From assembly GCA_026770705.1 (NCBI GenBank), contig JANJGN010000121.1, positions 186,001-250,000 of the forward strand: a DNA stretch of 64,000 bases. The letters run 5' to 3'. Positions within the stretch are counted from its first letter, which is position 1, and each line of letters starts with the position of its first letter. Under the pieces are notes generated by a model. It was not told the DNA's origin. It searched no databases and saw nothing but the letters and a program-made list of their open reading frames with translations. The stretch comes from Isurus oxyrinchus (lineage: Eukaryota). Made by a program: the position numbers and the translations under genes. Shown piece by piece: positions 63,342 to 64,000 of the stretch.

Positions 63342-64000
63342 CTGTAAAAACAGCCATTAATTACTGCACTACAGGTTTACAATGATGCTCCGATGTATCT
63401 CGAGAAGCGATACACTCACTCAATGTTTAAATACTCATTCTCGGGCAATGCTGACATTTATTGTCCATCCCTAGTTTCCCCTTGAGAAGGTGGTGGGGGG
63501 TCTTCCTCCTGAACCACTGGTTTGTCCCAAACTGGGAGACCAGTTCAGAGGGCAGGTAAGAGTTAACCATGTTGGTGTCTGAGACTGGAGTCACATCCAC
63601 ATCGAGACATGCTTCCCTCCCTAAAGGGTATGTAGTCTCTACACATGTAACAACCAACCTCACTGAAATAATCGCCTATCAGGTCATTAAGACATGGTGG
63701 TTTGTGGGATCATGCTGTGTACACATCAGTACCTGTGTTTCCTCCTTTAGAACAGTGAGCTTACTTCGATAATGCTTCATTGGTTGTTGAATGTTTAGTC
63801 ATTTCTAAGCAATTTATGAATACAAGTGTTGCATTTCAAAGTAATCCATGTAACATTTATATATAATATTTATCAATTAAAGAATGAGAAGTTCAGCAAT
63901 TAAAAGGGTTGTTCAGGACAGTTAGAGAGAGAAAGGTCGTCAAGTACGGAGATTGGAAACGAAGATCTGACAGCCTTGTCCTCACAACCATTGAAGGAGA

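Overview
Eukaryotic, repeat-rich vertebrate DNA, most likely a cartilaginous fish (inferred from the CR1 LINEs, Deu-domain-type SINEs and 33-bp minisatellite). The ORF track is dominated by spurious repeat ORFs; the real genes are short exons. (1) A three-exon hepcidin (HAMP) gene on the minus strand (CDS 45867-41891), absent from the ORF track. It has an RQKR furin site and an unusual 29-aa, 8-Cys mature peptide (MGRQQLCIFCCNCCNWREPNETCGLCCRY), a TATA box and a GGCGCC BMP-response element; exon 1 is one base out of frame with exon 2 as assembled. (2) A rearranged cluster of Siglec/MAG/CD22-like Ig-superfamily receptor genes. Gene A (minus, 4900-8530): leader-V-C2 intact, cut before Ig3. Gene B (plus, 25630-35250): inverted paralogue with an Arg-containing TM and Tyr-free tail, disabled by ATG>ATA and a +2 frameshift. 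Gene C (minus, 48733-49901): V exon fused to a Gypsy gag remnant. Gene D (minus, 61295-63341): TM plus ITIM/ITSM tail, Ig exons outside the window. There is also an orphan tyrosine-motif tail exon (21424-21540) and an orphan exon 1 (19211-19290). (3) An 8.9-kb 33-bp minisatellite with higher-order structure, many smaller arrays at rearrangement junctions, degenerate LINEs, Gypsy remnants, solo LTRs and three assembly gaps. All exon calls were made by eye from splice signals and reading frames; repeat boundaries are approximate.
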